Assembly: GCA_964016885.1 (NCBI GenBank) | Contig: CAXHJY010001153.1 | Coordinates: 1-53,014 of the forward strand | Direction: 5' to 3' | DNA: 53,014 bases | Source: Eledone cirrhosa | Taxonomy: Eukaryota | Part shown: piece by piece, positions 25,370-40,449 of the stretch | How the letters are laid out: each line of letters opens with the position of its first letter | Position numbering within the stretch: position 1 is the stretch's first letter | Notes under the pieces: generated by a model | The model's input: the letters and a program-made list of their open reading frames with translations, nothing else | The model's database searches: none | Told to the model about the DNA's origin: nothing | Made by a program: the position numbers and the translations under genes

Positions 25370-25795
25370 AACTGTTTGGACTAGAAGGGAAATGGGCAAT
25401 AGCTGCTGATTTCTTAGACTGGCTTAAGAATTATACCAAATTCATCAGCAAGAAAGGACAAAGACCAGATATTGTCCTGTGGTCAGAATTGGGTGCCTGA
25501 GTCATCCTGGTTGAACTGACAGTCCTGCATGAGAACCAAATAGATGAACAACACAAGTACAAGAAGAGGAAATATGAAGACCTCTCAGAGAGTTGACAAG
25601 AGACGGGTATCAGTGCACAATAAAGTCAGTGGAAGTTGGCGAATGAAGATTTATAACGGCTTCTATGTATCAACTACTAGGTTAGCTCAGAATAAAGAGT
25701 TGAAAAAGAACAAGCAATGATCAAATACCTGTCAAAGACAGCTGGGAAAAGCTCAATATAGCTAAGGTCAAAGAGGAATGATGACTGGAGCTAAA
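25370..25795 (+). mobile_element. HERO/R2-group non-LTR retrotransposon remnant (restriction-like endonuclease)
   Basis: RPDIVLWSE..VILVELTVLHENQIDEQHKYKKRKYEDL..GYQCTIKSVEVG matches the RPD...ELTVPWE...KY...VEVG pattern; contains stops and a frameshift. Confidence 0.8.
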
Positions 25796-27082
25796 ATAGA
25801 ATACATGAAGCTGCTAAGAAAAATAGATCTTTTCCCATTAGGGTAAAAGCCAAGTTTAGTAGGTTTAAATAGTTATGAAATGTTAGTTTTACTAATAGTC
25901 TTTGTGGCCGAGTGGTGTAAATCACAGAGATTAGAAACAAGATCACCAGAAGCAGCCGGGTTCACCAGAGAAGGGTAAACAGCAGGAGAAGCCACCTAGG
26001 AGTCACAATCTGGTTTAGTCAGGCTCTGTTAGAGAGTCAGGAAGAATCAAGGGCTGAAACACTTGCTTGATGAGAGGTCTTCCTCTGAAACTCCTCCTGC
26101 TGTCTGCTTGTCTCAGTGTGAAATTCCACCTTCTTCAGGGAAACTAACTCTTATTCTCTCTGAGAGAGAAATAAAGAAATAAGTGGAGTGTGTGTGTGAG
26201 AGAGAGAGAGAACCAAAGAATCAATAAAAAAAGGAGGGAGTTCTCTCTACCCATAATATGAACTTCATATTTCAGGACCTCAAAACATACATGAGATACT
26301 CTGATTTCTTCACCAAATAAAATTCATCCCTCACACTTAAAATTAACAATAATAATAAAAATAAGTTTAACAAAAAACATGTTCTTTTTTTTTTAAATTC
26401 AATTAATTCAACAGGAACTGCTAAAGTTTTTCAAGACAACCCTAAACTCTCATGACTGAAAATAGAATTAGTACATTCTGAGGAAATTCCTGACCCAGGA
26501 TCATCCAACACAACAACAATAAATGCACCGCTAATTAGCTAATTGCTCTATCAGCAATGTGGATAAGAGTCTGAGGTCATATATGGTGTACAAAATAACA
26601 TGTAACAAATGTGATGGTCATACTGTCTGCAAACATGTAACAAATGTGATTGGTCATACTGTCTGCAAACTATTCATCCACATAAGTGCTTGAGTGCTTC
26701 ATCTGTTAAAAAAATATCCCATCCAAGATATCAAAGTTACCATACAGGCCACGTTATAAAGCATTTAAAACTTATGAAACAAAGAGGTTGTTCTCATTAA
26801 TAGATTACAACTTTTCATTAACGAGTCATATGAAGCCAATAGATGTCCCCACCCCTCAAACCCAATATTTGTTTAGAAGAGCTCAACTCATCATCACACT
26901 CCATTTCCTTTCTTTTGAAAAAAAAAAGAGTTCCTAACTCTAAAATATGAAATATAAGTTAAAAGTGTAAAATATTGTTTTAATTTTGTTTTGTTTTACT
27001 TTACTCTAATTTTTTCTCCTTTATTTTTAACTGACATTGTATTGGCTTTCCCCAACACCATATTTCCCCATACTCCATCTCT

Positions 27083-27138
<56 letters not shown>

Positions 27139-27773
27139 GGAAAAAATGAAACGAAATTTCATTTCCCACTCTTAGTACGGCTGTTACTTAAATATAAGTA
27201 GGTACACGTACATACACAAATGTATACAAATGTACAGTAGTATGTATATATATATATATACATACATGCACACATATATATATATATATGTACGTATGGA
27301 TTCATCGAACATTTATTATATATATATATATATAATGGTTGCAAACTCTACTAAGAGTATTGTAATTGCTTGTCAGATTACAGAAAATTACGACCACGAT
27401 GATGATGATGATGGTGGTGGTGGTGGTGATGATGACGACGATGATGATGATGACAACAACAAAGTGTTTAAAGATAAACTACAAACTGGAAATGACAATA
27501 TCAATGACTAGTTAGTTATTTTATAAAATTTAAGCAACAGTTGGGAAGATTCCCACATTGTTACAACAGAATTATCTAATTAGAATGATTGAAGAAATAG
27601 GATCAGAATAACTACAGCCACCACTTACAATAGTGTATGACTTGGTAGTAACATAACTTTGCTAAGGGTATTAGGTGTCCGTGTAGTCATGAGCAGACAC
27701 AAACATTGTCTTGGCCCCTCTCCTTTAATCTAGGGAATAACTAGGATGTCATAACTAGAAAGAAACGCCATGC

Positions 27774-27932
27774 GGACGCCATGCTTTGACGTATAGAGTT
27801 ACGGCCCTTGCCATTCTGAGTTCAAATCCCGCCGAGGTTAACTTTGCCTTTCATCCTTCCGGGGTCGATAGAATAAAGTACCAGTAATGCATTGGGTAAT
27901 TGCTGGCCTTGTGCCAAAAGTAGAAACAATTA
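27774..27932 (+). mobile_element. SINE family A, 5'-truncated
   Basis: Same B box, core and tail. Confidence 0.88.
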
Positions 27933-29227
27933 TTAATGTTAAAAGTGAAACTGTAGAATGCTGTGACCCCTTAAATCATTTAAGAATCAGTAACAAGAAC
28001 TACTTGCTGTTATTGCTGTTGCTGTTGTTGTGTACCTTTAAGAGTAGCTCTGATTCACCAGACCTAGGATCAAAAGTGTTCCAGTCATGGCCATCCTATC
28101 TTTAACGTAGTAGGGTATAAGCTTTGAAGATGTGGTTGCTATTTCTAATAGTTTATCTACCACAGAGTGGCCATTTCCTAAACTGGTTGGTTGATTATTT
28201 TGTAGAATAAAATGAGTGTGTTGTATGCAAAGGCCTTGTTTCAGGGGGGGGGGGGGGGGGGGGTACCAGGGGACAAGGCCCCCCCCCCCTTTTTTTTTTC
28301 AAACGTCTATATTTTATTTTTTGTTTTTTGATATAATAAATTCTTTTTAAGTTTATTTTTTTATATCTGAACTTCATTTGAATAAATAAAATTTAATTAG
28401 CGTAAAATGTTACTTATGTGACAGGGTCTGGGAAAGGTACCATAAGTAATACTAACATGTTCCTTTAAGAATCAACAAATGTTGGTTTGTCCCACTCACA
28501 GTTTTAAGGCAAACGAGGCCCCTGGTTGCATATAGTAATAGGGAGGTTTTATAAAATATTTTTTTTTACTGGACCCACCTCAATGACATACCCAGGTAGC
28601 TTCTATCACATGTATACATATATTTCTGTACATGGGATACCGGAAGGTAATATTATTACTGTTAAAAACTGAATGGAATGGTCTCATTGGATTTCCATGT
28701 CCCTATAGTATAGATTAAGCAGAGTAGCTCACTGGTCAACAACCAGGAGCCTCGAAGTATTTAAAAGGCCCCGATAAAATTAATCCGCCCCTGGTAACGA
28801 AGGTGTGTCTACTTTGTGGATGTAGGTCGCAGATTCGAATAGATACAAGCTGACAACCACTCTATGACAGACGGAGCAGAATCTACGAAGTGTCGATATC
28901 CAAGAAACAGCAGTCAAATCATAATTAAATCACATGTTACTGTCTTTAAAATAATATAAGCACACGTTGGATAGAGTAATGCTATAGTTTACAGCAAACA
29001 AACAACGGTATGTGACCCAGATTAATACTTTTAATGATTGATACGCTCGCTCATAGTTGATCTGGGGTTAAATAACATCACATCATCAACAACAACAATA
29101 ACAACAGTTATATAAAAATCAGCCAAGTATATTTTAAAATCTTATCTTCAGAATCATTGAATTACCTCCCCTAGTTATAGCCAAGGGAGATAACTCTAAG
29201 TAATATTATAAGTAATTAATTCCCATT

Positions 29228-29348
29228 TTGGCAGATTCGTTAGAGCGTCGGACAAAGTGCTTTGTAGCGTTTAGTTATGGCCCTTTGCATTCTAAATGCA
29301 AATTCCGTTGAGGTCCACTTTGCCTTTCATCATTGCGGGGTCGATAAG
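29228..29348 (+). mobile_element. SINE family A, diverged and 3'-truncated
   Basis: TTGGCAGATTCGTTAGAGCGTCGGAC head and TTTGCCTTTCATC core. Confidence 0.75.
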
Positions 29349-29353
29349 AAATA

Positions 29354-29424
<71 letters not shown>

Positions 29425-29530
29425 GTGCGTATGTGTGTGTGTGTGTAAGCAGGAAAAAGGTCAAGGAAGCAACATAAATGAACTTTATTGAATCTGACAA
29501 TTGTTTCGATATCGATCAGCTCAGGCTTCG

Positions 29531-29574
<44 letters not shown>

Positions 29575-29644
29575 TCTATCTGTAACTCATTAAAATCTAC
29601 ATACACACACAACGCATTTCCTATCTCAATCATACAATAATTTG

Positions 29645-29728
<84 letters not shown>

Positions 29729-30154
29729 AACATCTATGTAATTTTATCCTAGAAATATATTAAAATTTCATTCTTAACTTTAATCAGTTTTACGTGTCAA
29801 TAATTGTTTCTACTTTTGGCACAAGGCCAGCAATTATCAGTGCATTACTGGTACTTTATTTTATCGACTCCAGTTTGAATGAGTGCTCATATATCCGCTA
29901 ATCCAGAATCTGAATTCCAAATTAAATATGTTCAACATTAACGACTCTGTCAATTTGTCTCCAACATAAGAGTCTAATGATGAGCCTCCGTCGGTTTCGA
30001 CGATAAGTGTTCCAGTTGTTCGTTCAACGGAACAGCTTGCTTATGAAATTAACGCTCAGGTGACTGAAAATTCCATAGAGACATGTACCCTTGATATAAT
30101 TCTCAGGGAGATTCAGACGGACATAGTATGTGAAAAAGTCTGTCTCGAAGCCGG

Positions 30155-30412
30155 TGGCTCATCAGGTTTTTATTTCGGTTTCCGTGAGGTGAAGCGACTA
30201 AGAGTACTTGACTCCCTCCTGGATAGGACGCCAGTCCATCACAAGGTTAAACCCCCAGCTATTGCTGGTACTAATTTTCAGCTGAGTAAACTGGAGCAAC
30301 GTGAAAATTAAGTGTTTTGCTCAAGAACACAACACACAACCAGGTGCAGGAATTAACCCCACTACATAATGATCGCAAGTCCAACACCCTTACCACTATG
30401 CTACGAGCCTCC
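30155..30412 (-). mobile_element. SINE family B, long copy nested in an older repeat
   Basis: Shares CAGCTGAGTAAACTGGAGCAA...TTGCTCAAG with 20862. The flanks (29987-30145 and 30430-30590) align with 46580-46845. Confidence 0.75.
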
Positions 30413-31208
30413 ACACATAGTGTATGGCATTACCGTTAATTACAGGTACGGTTCATCCAACGGGGTTCCAAACAATTTCCGCCTACCCAATTTGATTCAT
30501 TTGATTCACAAGGCATGGTTCGATCTGATCTGGGGTAAATGACACTTTATCAATATACCACACTGTTAGATCGAACTCGGAACCTAATTATTGCTAAGAG
30601 AACCTCATCACCATTCGATCATATATGAGCACCTAAAACCTACTAATGTATTCTTCTTTAATTGATTAACGTTTGGCTACGATTGATTAAGAATTGGTTT
30701 TAAATTATTTTAGATTGATTTGTGTTGCGACGTATTTAATATTATTTATATATAAACCAGTTTTACTATTTCACCTGTTCCAGTCTAGGACGCTAAATAC
30801 CCGGCACCTTGTGATATAGCTTCCGAGACTAGTTCTACAACGTGTGTCAACGTTTCCCAGTTATTCACCCTGTTCTCTCAAATAAAATATTTATCAACTT
30901 ACAGTTTGGCAAGCTGACGAGCCTAGTTTTTGATACTTCCTGCTATGACTACACAAAGAAAGTTACTAAGACTACATTTTCCACTGCACAGGCCACACTC
31001 ACCTACGCCAAATCATGTAATCAGTCATAACACCATATGATTTTCTCTACAACTTCACAGCAAAGATATTTTGTGGTGTATCTATTGACTGCCGGAAATT
31101 ATTGCATATTTAAATTGATTGTGTTAATTGTTATATGACCGTGATCCTTTAAGTTTCGGTTTTGCTCTTCTCTGAGGTGTGCGTCCTCGGCGGCTGCCTA
31201 GTTGGCTT

Positions 31209-31436
31209 TAAACCCTTTAATTACCAACCCGGCCCAAAACCGAAATATAGTTGCCCATTTTAAAGGTTTCTAATTTAAATCTAAAATCTTCCAACATAAT
31301 TTTATACAATGACCTTACATTAAATTACTATCTTAGTAATGAAATAATTAATAATTTTAGTAAACCCCTTGAAATTCCTAATTAATTAATTAAAATAGAG
31401 TGTATTTCATTAGAAATGTGATCATTAAAGGGTTAA
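31209..31436. mobile_element. Diverged piggyBac-type MITE
   Basis: TAAACCCTTTAAT...ATTAAAGGGTTAA termini. Confidence 0.55.
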
Positions 31437-31883
31437 TGGTAGTAGCGACTCTGGTGGGGGCTTGTTTTCCAATTAGTGGAGAGTGACATCAAACAGTGTC
31501 TGGGCCACGGTCCCAGGTCAGTAGAAATACTAGAGTATGAACTCTTGAACAGTCAGTTTGAAGTATGATATGTTAGAATCAGAGTTAAATACGACACATC
31601 TCATCTCGAGTGTTCCCGCCAGAACACTAATATTTCGAACTGCGCATTAACTGTATCCCACCCATTCTACTTAGTGAGGTTGTAAGAGAGATACGGGCAA
31701 CGCCCTTCCATTGCAGATGGAGCGATAAAAGAAGAATTTGGCTCGCAGTTGCTGACACCGAGGCATTCTTCAAACGGCAAAATATCTCAGTGGTTAGTAT
31801 GTAAAGTATTCGGTACCAAGTCTAGATAAATAGCTACACACACGGACACACATGCATCCACACATGCCCCCCCCCCCCACATG

Positions 31884-31930
<47 letters not shown>

Positions 31931-31997
31931 CCATCCATCTCCATCTATTTATTTATAAATATCTTTCTCTCTCTATATATATATATGAATACACAAT

Positions 31998-32085
<88 letters not shown>

Positions 32086-32127
32086 AGATAGATAGATAAA
32101 TATATATATATATATATAGATAGATAG

Positions 32128-32172
<45 letters not shown>

Positions 32173-32808
32173 TAAATAGATAGATATGTTTATATATGTG
32201 AATGTATAAGTATTTGAGAATAAGTGTTTGCATGAGTGAATGTGTGTGTGAGTATGTATGTGTATGTGAGTATGTGTGTGTGTGGGGGGGGGGCTGTGGT
32301 GTGCATGTGATGGTGGTGGTTGTGCTGATGGTGATGGTGGTGGTTGTGGTGTGAGTGATGGTGGTGGTGGTGGTGGTGGAACTCGTTGTAGTGATAGAGG
32401 TTGTGGTGATGGTGGTGGCTGTGATTGTGGTGATGATGGTGGTGGTTATGGTGATGATGGTGGTGGTTGTGGTGATGGTGGTGGGTGTTGGGGTTGTTAT
32501 TGTGGTGGTGGCGGTGGTGGCGGTTGTCGCTAGATTGTGGTTTACGCCCTTCTCACGATGGCAACAACATGTAACAGATACATACATACACACATACATA
32601 CATATATACACACATACATACATATATACACACATGCACACACATACATACACACATACATACATATATACACACATGCACACACCCATCCATCCATAAA
32701 TACATTCATACACACACACACACATTCATCCATCCATACACGCACACACACACATACATACATACTTACGTATATACATTTGTACAGGCGCGAGCGGATG
32801 AGAGTCAC

Positions 32809-33612
<804 letters not shown>

Positions 33613-33984
33613 AGGTTGCGATACCATCTTGTGATGTGAACTGATTATATATTCCATCAACGTGGTTCCAGTTAACACAATGGTTCTTATAGGGAGGTGG
33701 GGGGTGGGGGGTGGGGGGAACTACTGGATCAACCTCAATATCTAGAATTGGTTAGCCTATGGTTAGCCTATGGTTAAACAACGCCTGAAACTAAAATTTA
33801 CCCATGACCCTCGTTACCAGCGGTGGATTGTGTTGGGTGGGGGGATGACTTATTTATTTATTCATTTCATTTATTTATTTATTCAAATTAAACGTCCGTA
33901 GAGAGCTAGTAAGCCACGACAGACTCGGAGAAGTATCGAGTACTCCTTGCAGTTGGTAACCAAAAAGAGTTAGTGAGATAAGTA

Positions 33985-34390
33985 ATAATTGTTTCTATAT
34001 TTGACACAAGGCCAGCAATTATTCCAGTGTATTACTGGTACTTTATTTTATTGACCCTGTAAGGATGAAAGGCAAAGTTAACCTCGGCGGGATTTGAACT
34101 CAGACCGTAAAGGGACGTAACTCTGCTGGAAAGCATGGCGTTCAACTCTACACCGATACTGCTAATTCACCAATGGTTTCTTATATAGGCACAAAGCCAG
34201 CAATTTTGGGGGGAAGGAGAAGTCGATTAAATCGACCCCAGTGCATGACTAGTACTTTATTTTATCGACCCGGTAAGGATGATAGGCAAAGTTAACGTAG
34301 GCGGGATTTGAACTCAGACCGTAAAGGGCCGTAACTCTATGCTGCAAAGCATGGTGTCCGACTCTCTACCGACACTGCCAATCCACCACC
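33985..34390 (-). mobile_element. Two tandem SINE family A copies
   Basis: Copies at ~33985-34171 and ~34175-34390 in the same orientation; the second has a longer tail variant. Confidence 0.9.
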
Positions 34391-35564
34391 CTCGTGAGAC
34401 AAGTAATAATAAAAAAAGAAGAAGAAACCTAAAAACTACAATAAATAATCCGCACCCCACCTTTACAATACACAGAATACAATACAGATATTCTGACAGA
34501 ATAATCAAGGAGAATAAAGGAGAATAATGAATGAGGGATGTACAGAAACAATGAAATGGAGACATGGTGGAGTTTCATTAAAGATAAGGTTGATCCTGAG
34601 TTTTCGCAGGTGGTCTCAAATCGCAAGCATACTTAATAGACTCACTCTGGGATAGTACGATTCATTACAACACTCCTTGCTGGTTGGGTGTTCTATATAT
34701 GCAATGCGAGTGCCAAATATTGTGACAGGCATGTATTAGGTTTCATAGAAGTCGGAGACTGTCAGATGCAGAACCTCCGTAAAGCATAACAAAAACCTCT
34801 TAGATTTCATAGAAGAGAGACACTTGACGTAAGTTACTGATAGATGTTCAAGTCAACACCACCAAATATTGGGAGAGGTATGTCTTAGGTTTCATAGAAG
34901 AGAGATACTTGTCGTTAACTACTGACAGGTGTCCAGGTGTCAGCGCCACAAGTAGCTGCTTCCGAATCCCGGAACAGATGCAATGCTGGAATTTTTAGAC
35001 GAGTAATTTCAATAGCTAGAGTGACGTACTTTCACTCTCAAATCTGACTCTATTTAGTGGTGTGAGTGTCATGATAAGGACGCACGAGAAGAGAGTTTGC
35101 AACAGCCATGCATGGTCAGCCTCTATTTGTGATGATGTGGGCCAGGGTTTATTTCAAGGAAATTTTAAAACAGCACAATTCTTTGAGTAGTTGTCAAGAC
35201 ACACTGTTTGATGTTCTCTGAGTCTGAGAAGCATTTGTAATAGTTACTTTTCTTTTTAAACGTCGTTTTATAAATGTTTTATGTTTAAGCGCATGTATGG
35301 TAAACTTACTACACAACATTAGATTTAGAAATACACAAGCAGGGGTCAAATGTATGTTGAAGCGGGGCCATGTTCCCCTCCAATAATTATATTTTCTCCC
35401 CAAACTACCAAAACACACATGTATTTGGATATGCGCTACAATTTATGTACATATTTATCGCATATCGAAGTTTTCGGACCATTTTAGAGTGCAAAGAGTT
35501 AAATTAATCACTACAACTAAATTGTCCAAATGCCCCACCATCGATTCAGAAATGCTTCCACCGC

Positions 35565-35632
<68 letters not shown>

Positions 35633-35777
35633 AGGGTTGATGGACCCAGCATATTTATCAATGCCAGTACCGGTTATATCTCAGCGCACTCATTGGGCAA
35701 TGTAAGATACATTACCAGAGTATACACATAGTTATATGCCTCAACACAACACACGTAAAACGGGTGCCTATAAGGTT

Positions 35778-35887
35778 CCCGGACTCGAGTTTCAGCCGCA
35801 CTAATTCAGCAGTAAGGTGCACTGCACCATCTGTCTGCATATATTATGCTACAATGCACAATCGGCTTATGCGGCTTCATCAGCGGG
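35778..35887 (-). ncRNA. Type I hammerhead ribozyme, intact core, extended stem II
   Basis: Minus strand reads CCCG-CUGAUGA-AGCCGCA-[~69 nt insert]-UGCGGCU-GAAAC-UCGA-GUC^CGGG. Stem I (4 bp) and stem II (7 bp) pair perfectly; stem III is the palindrome ACUCGAGU; the cleavage triplet is GUC. Confidence 0.82.
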
Positions 35888-36217
35888 TATCGCCTAATCA
35901 ATAACCAATCGATCGACAGAATCCAAACACCGGCCCATACCGGTCATGACTGTTTGTGACAACCGACACGGTAAAGCGATTAACTGGCAACCGATAGGAC
36001 TCTATCTCTCAACTAGCCACTGATTTACATATTTTACGTGGGGACGGGAAGCTAAAAAGAATCAATCTATTTGTTCCTGTCAGAAGCCCTCAGCCAACGT
36101 GTCTCACACACAAATTATCAAGGGGTGAAAAGATGGCTATATATATGTATATATGGCTATATATATGTATATATATATATAATATATATAATATATATAA
36201 TATATATAATATATATA

Positions 36218-36626
<409 letters not shown>

Positions 36627-36710
36627 AAAGGTAAACAGAAATAACAACACAATCGGTACAGTATATGGAAGGAATATATTAGGTTAGCGCTTGATATAGC
36701 AGGAAGAGGG

Positions 36711-36746
36711 TCGTAACGTTTCGGACGCTTGTCCTTCATCAGAAGA
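36711..36746 (-). ncRNA. Minimal hammerhead ribozyme variant (Penelope-like type)
   Basis: UCUU-CUGAUGA-A-GGAC-AAGC-GUCC-GAAACGUU-ACGA. Palindromic AACGUU stem III; one mismatch in stem I. Confidence 0.7.
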
Positions 36747-37187
36747 AAGAATGAGAAAAAAGATAGATTGAGAGGACGGGCGGGTTGGCATTGGAAAAAA
36801 TATACTTTATATATATTTATTAATTTACGAAATCACACGAACAGAAGATGCTTGTTGCGCAGCTATATATGTCATTATTTAATTTTGAAATGGCTTCCGG
36901 GCTTCTGTGGTTAACCTGCGATATCACTCTGGAGCCCCTCCCCCAATAAATATATAATGTGTGTATGTCTGTCAAACTGACTAATGTAATATCTACTGAC
37001 TGGTGTGTCGATAAATAACTAAATAAATCAGAAGTGTCGGATTTGATTCCCGCCCTTTCAGTGACACTTGTCTGTGATTGGTTGATTTCTAGACCAAATT
37101 GACAGCTAAAACTAATGACGTTTCCTTCGTTTCCCCTCTTTTATTCTGAAATTCCAAACAACAGAAATGTTTTGGTTTCATTAGAGA

Positions 37188-37728
37188 GGTGGTGGTGGTG
37201 GTGGTGGTGGTGGTAGATGTGGTGGTGGTGTTGGTGGTGGTAGTGGCGGTGGTGGTGGTGGTAGTGGTGGTAGTGGTGCTGGTGGTGGTGGTGGTTGTGG
37301 TAGTGGTGGTGGTGGTAGTGGTGGTAGTGGTGGTAGTGGTGGTGGTGGTGTTGGTAGTTGTGGTAGTGGTGGTGGTGGTGGTGGTAGTGGTGCTGGTGGT
37401 TGTGGTGGTGGTGGTTGTGATAGTGGTGGTGGTGGTAGTGGTGGTAGTGGTGGTAGTGGTGGTGGTGGTGTTGGTAGTTGTGGTAGTGGTGGTGGTGGTG
37501 GTGGTAGTGGTGGTGATCGTGGTGGTGTTGGTGGTAGTGGTGTTGGTAGTAGTAGTAGTAGTAGTGGTGGTGGTGGTAGTGGTAGTAGTAGTAATAGTAG
37601 TAGTAGTAGTAGTAATAGTAGTAGTAGTGGTGGTGGTGGTAGTGGTAGTAGTAGTAGTAGTAGTGGTGGTGGTGGTGGTGGTAGTAGTAGTAGATGGAGG
37701 CAGTAGAAGTAGTAGTAGTAGTAGTAGT

Positions 37729-37775
<47 letters not shown>

Positions 37776-37812
37776 TAGTGGTGGTGGTGGTGGTGGTGGT
37801 GGTAGTAGTGGT
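37188..37812. repeat. Compound (GTG/GTA/GCA)n trinucleotide array
   Basis: Direct inspection; includes a 120-bp-period internal duplication at ~37270-37510. Confidence 0.95.
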
Positions 37813-38290
37813 GGAAGTTGTATGGTGGACGCGTCTGAAAGGACTGAGGTCAGACACCTTTCTCTCTGGCCAACAACTGGTCCGTTTCTTACGATATCAT
37901 TTCGGAAGAAGGATCAGGATGGAGAGAGAGGTGCTGCACCCCAGCCGTTTCTATGAAAGATGGGTGAAAGTGGTGAGAATGGCCCGTGTGAATGGGCCTT
38001 CACTCTACATAAGCCTGTAGGTGAGAAAGGTGAAAGATCATGGGAGTACCCTCTCTCTGTGCTCCTGAGGAGAAGGGCTGCACGTTTTTTCGGGGGGGGG
38101 GGTGCGACCCCCCAAGGCGCCTCCTCCCTATTGAGGATTTTGTTATTCAATTTATTTTTGTTATATTTTATATCTTATATTTTTATATGTTGTTATTGCC
38201 TCCTCCTTATTGGGGACGCCTTTTTATGTAAACTCCCCCCATTGTACTTGTCCCACTCTTTGACACCCCGGTGGCAAATAAAAAGAAAGT
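37813..38290 (+). mobile_element. L1/Tx1-like LINE 3' end
   Basis: EVVWWTRLKGL...FLRYHFGRRIRMERE...FYERWV, followed by a T-rich 3'UTR and AATAAA. Confidence 0.6.
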
Positions 38291-38622
38291 TATCTATTTA
38301 TTAATAGTTATATTTTCATATACCTGTACGTAAACTCCCCATTTGTATTTGTCCCCTTCTTTTGTGTCCTTGTGGCTAATAAAGAAATGTATCCATCTAT
38401 CTATCTATTTCTCTGACTGAACACACGTGGAAAATGCGCTGGTGAGTAAAAGCTTTAATTTCGTTGGAAATTACATGAACTGAACTTACATTTTTACACC
38501 ATTCTGTAGATAAGCTGCCACCCTTTACATTGTAGGTGGTAGCAACCCCAAATAATAAGCCCTCAGGGCGAAAAAGAGAGAAATCCCATAAAATTTCTAC
38601 TAAAATTTTGAAAATAGCTAAA

Positions 38623-39772
38623 ATGGCTAAATCTAAATGTCTTGACCTTGTCTTCTCAAAAAATGTATTAGAAAATTGTGGAGATGGGCTGCTAATTCCA
38701 CCTTCCACAGTGCTAGTGGCAGGTCAGGGTTGTATCTCCAATACAGCCACCACCACCACCACCACCACCACCACCAGCAACAACAACAGTAACAATAACA
38801 ACATCAAAACTGTCAGTCAACAATTAGACAGAGGTGGTGGAGAGGCGGTAAGAGTGTTAAGCTCGCAGTCATCTCCTCTCACCACCTCATTGAAAGACGT
38901 CGAAAATGGCGTAAAGTTTGAAAAACACGAAACCAATAACATGAAAAAGTTGAATGGCATCAACCAGAACAACATCAACAACAACAACAATGACAACAAG
39001 AACAAGAACAACAACAACAGCAACAATGATGACAACAAGAACAACAACAACAACAGCAACAATGATGACAACAACACCAACAAGAACAACTCCACAAAAA
39101 AAGAAATAATTTCATTCGCACAAACTATCCAAAAGACAGAACTGTATAAACAAATTGACATCTCTAATGCTAGATAACTACTAAGAGATGCCAATCAATA
39201 CGTAACTTTTGGGGAGAATGGCGCTTTTAGCATCACTTCTCCCCAAGAATTGCGTAGAGAAACTGTCCTGAAAACTATAGTTTTCAGGACAATCTCAAAC
39301 ACCACCAGAAAACCAGCTCAATTAACGCAAAATGAAACTGAGCTGGTTCTAAGAAACTCCATGAAGGATATTACCTTCATACAGAAGGGAAAACTCTTCG
39401 GGAGTTTATCAATAATAATCAAAGACCGATTGACGGCACAGAAATATTCTGTGTCGCCAATTGTCCCCCCCCCCTCTACACCTTTCCCCCCACATATATG
39501 AGAAAAAGGACCCCAAAAATGAGAATAACAAATATCACACCAAATGTAAACATCTGGTGGATATTATCTGGTTTCATCAATTTTGATGAAGACTCAGTGA
39601 TTTCGGTAGGAAAGTCCTCCAGGGGCATATTTAACGGTACTAGCTTAGAAGTTTTGGTCCAAATGAGGCCAGAACGAATAGCTAGAATCCCACATAAACA
39701 TTTCTGTTGAGGGTAGGCGGCCTTCATGTCACCACTGTTTAAGCAGTGGTCACCTGAGGGCTTCCTGTCCTC
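38623..39772 (+). pseudogene. L1/Tx1-like ORF1 (gag-like) pseudogene
   Basis: Long reading frame broken by a stop at 39175-39177 and by frameshifts. Thr/Asn repeat tracts. Ends in EGRRPSC(fs)HHCLSSGHLRASCP, a CCHC zinc knuckle. Confidence 0.7.
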
Positions 39773-40449
39773 AATTAACTGCGATTAAAAAAAGGCACTA
39801 CTGCCGACACCCAACACAACCACTACCACCACCACCACAACAACAACACACAAAAATAACTAAAACAAACCAAACCGCAAACACAGTCCCACCCAACCCC
39901 TCCCCACCTAAAACAACTCCAAAAACACCCACAAGAACAACAGCTCCCCAAAACGTACCCCTTCCCAATCACACAGACACCACAACGGACGAGGCCCCCT
40001 CATCATCACTCAGTTATGATGAGGGAGAACCCCTCCGCTCAAAAAGAAAAAAAAAAGACATAACACGAACAAAAAGGCAACAAACACACAACCACCAACA
40101 CAAACAACACAAACATTACAAACAAAAATCCCCCCCCCCCTCCTGAAAACAAAACAACGACAACACTCCAAACGCAAACACCTACAACAAAACGAAAACA
40201 CACACAAGAACAACAGACAAAAACCAGCACAACACAACAAGAACATTACACATACACATACATAAATACTCAAAACAAAAAATTCTAATGGAGGTCATCT
40301 CCAAAAACCCTGCGGTGAAAACCAAAGGGAAAACTTTTACAAACTGTTTGGACAAACCAAACCTAAAAATGATTAGGGGTCCCGATGGACACATATAGGT
40401 CCCTAAAAGAAAACTTCGATAAGGACGTGGAGAATTCATGCGTCAAACC

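Noticed and set aside
26590-26672. TCNKCDGHTVCKH, resembling a piggyBac transposase Cys-rich tail, locally duplicated
   Set aside because: Too short and decayed to call without alignment.
37141-37956. His-rich and Val-rich ORFs
   Set aside because: Translations of a trinucleotide array.
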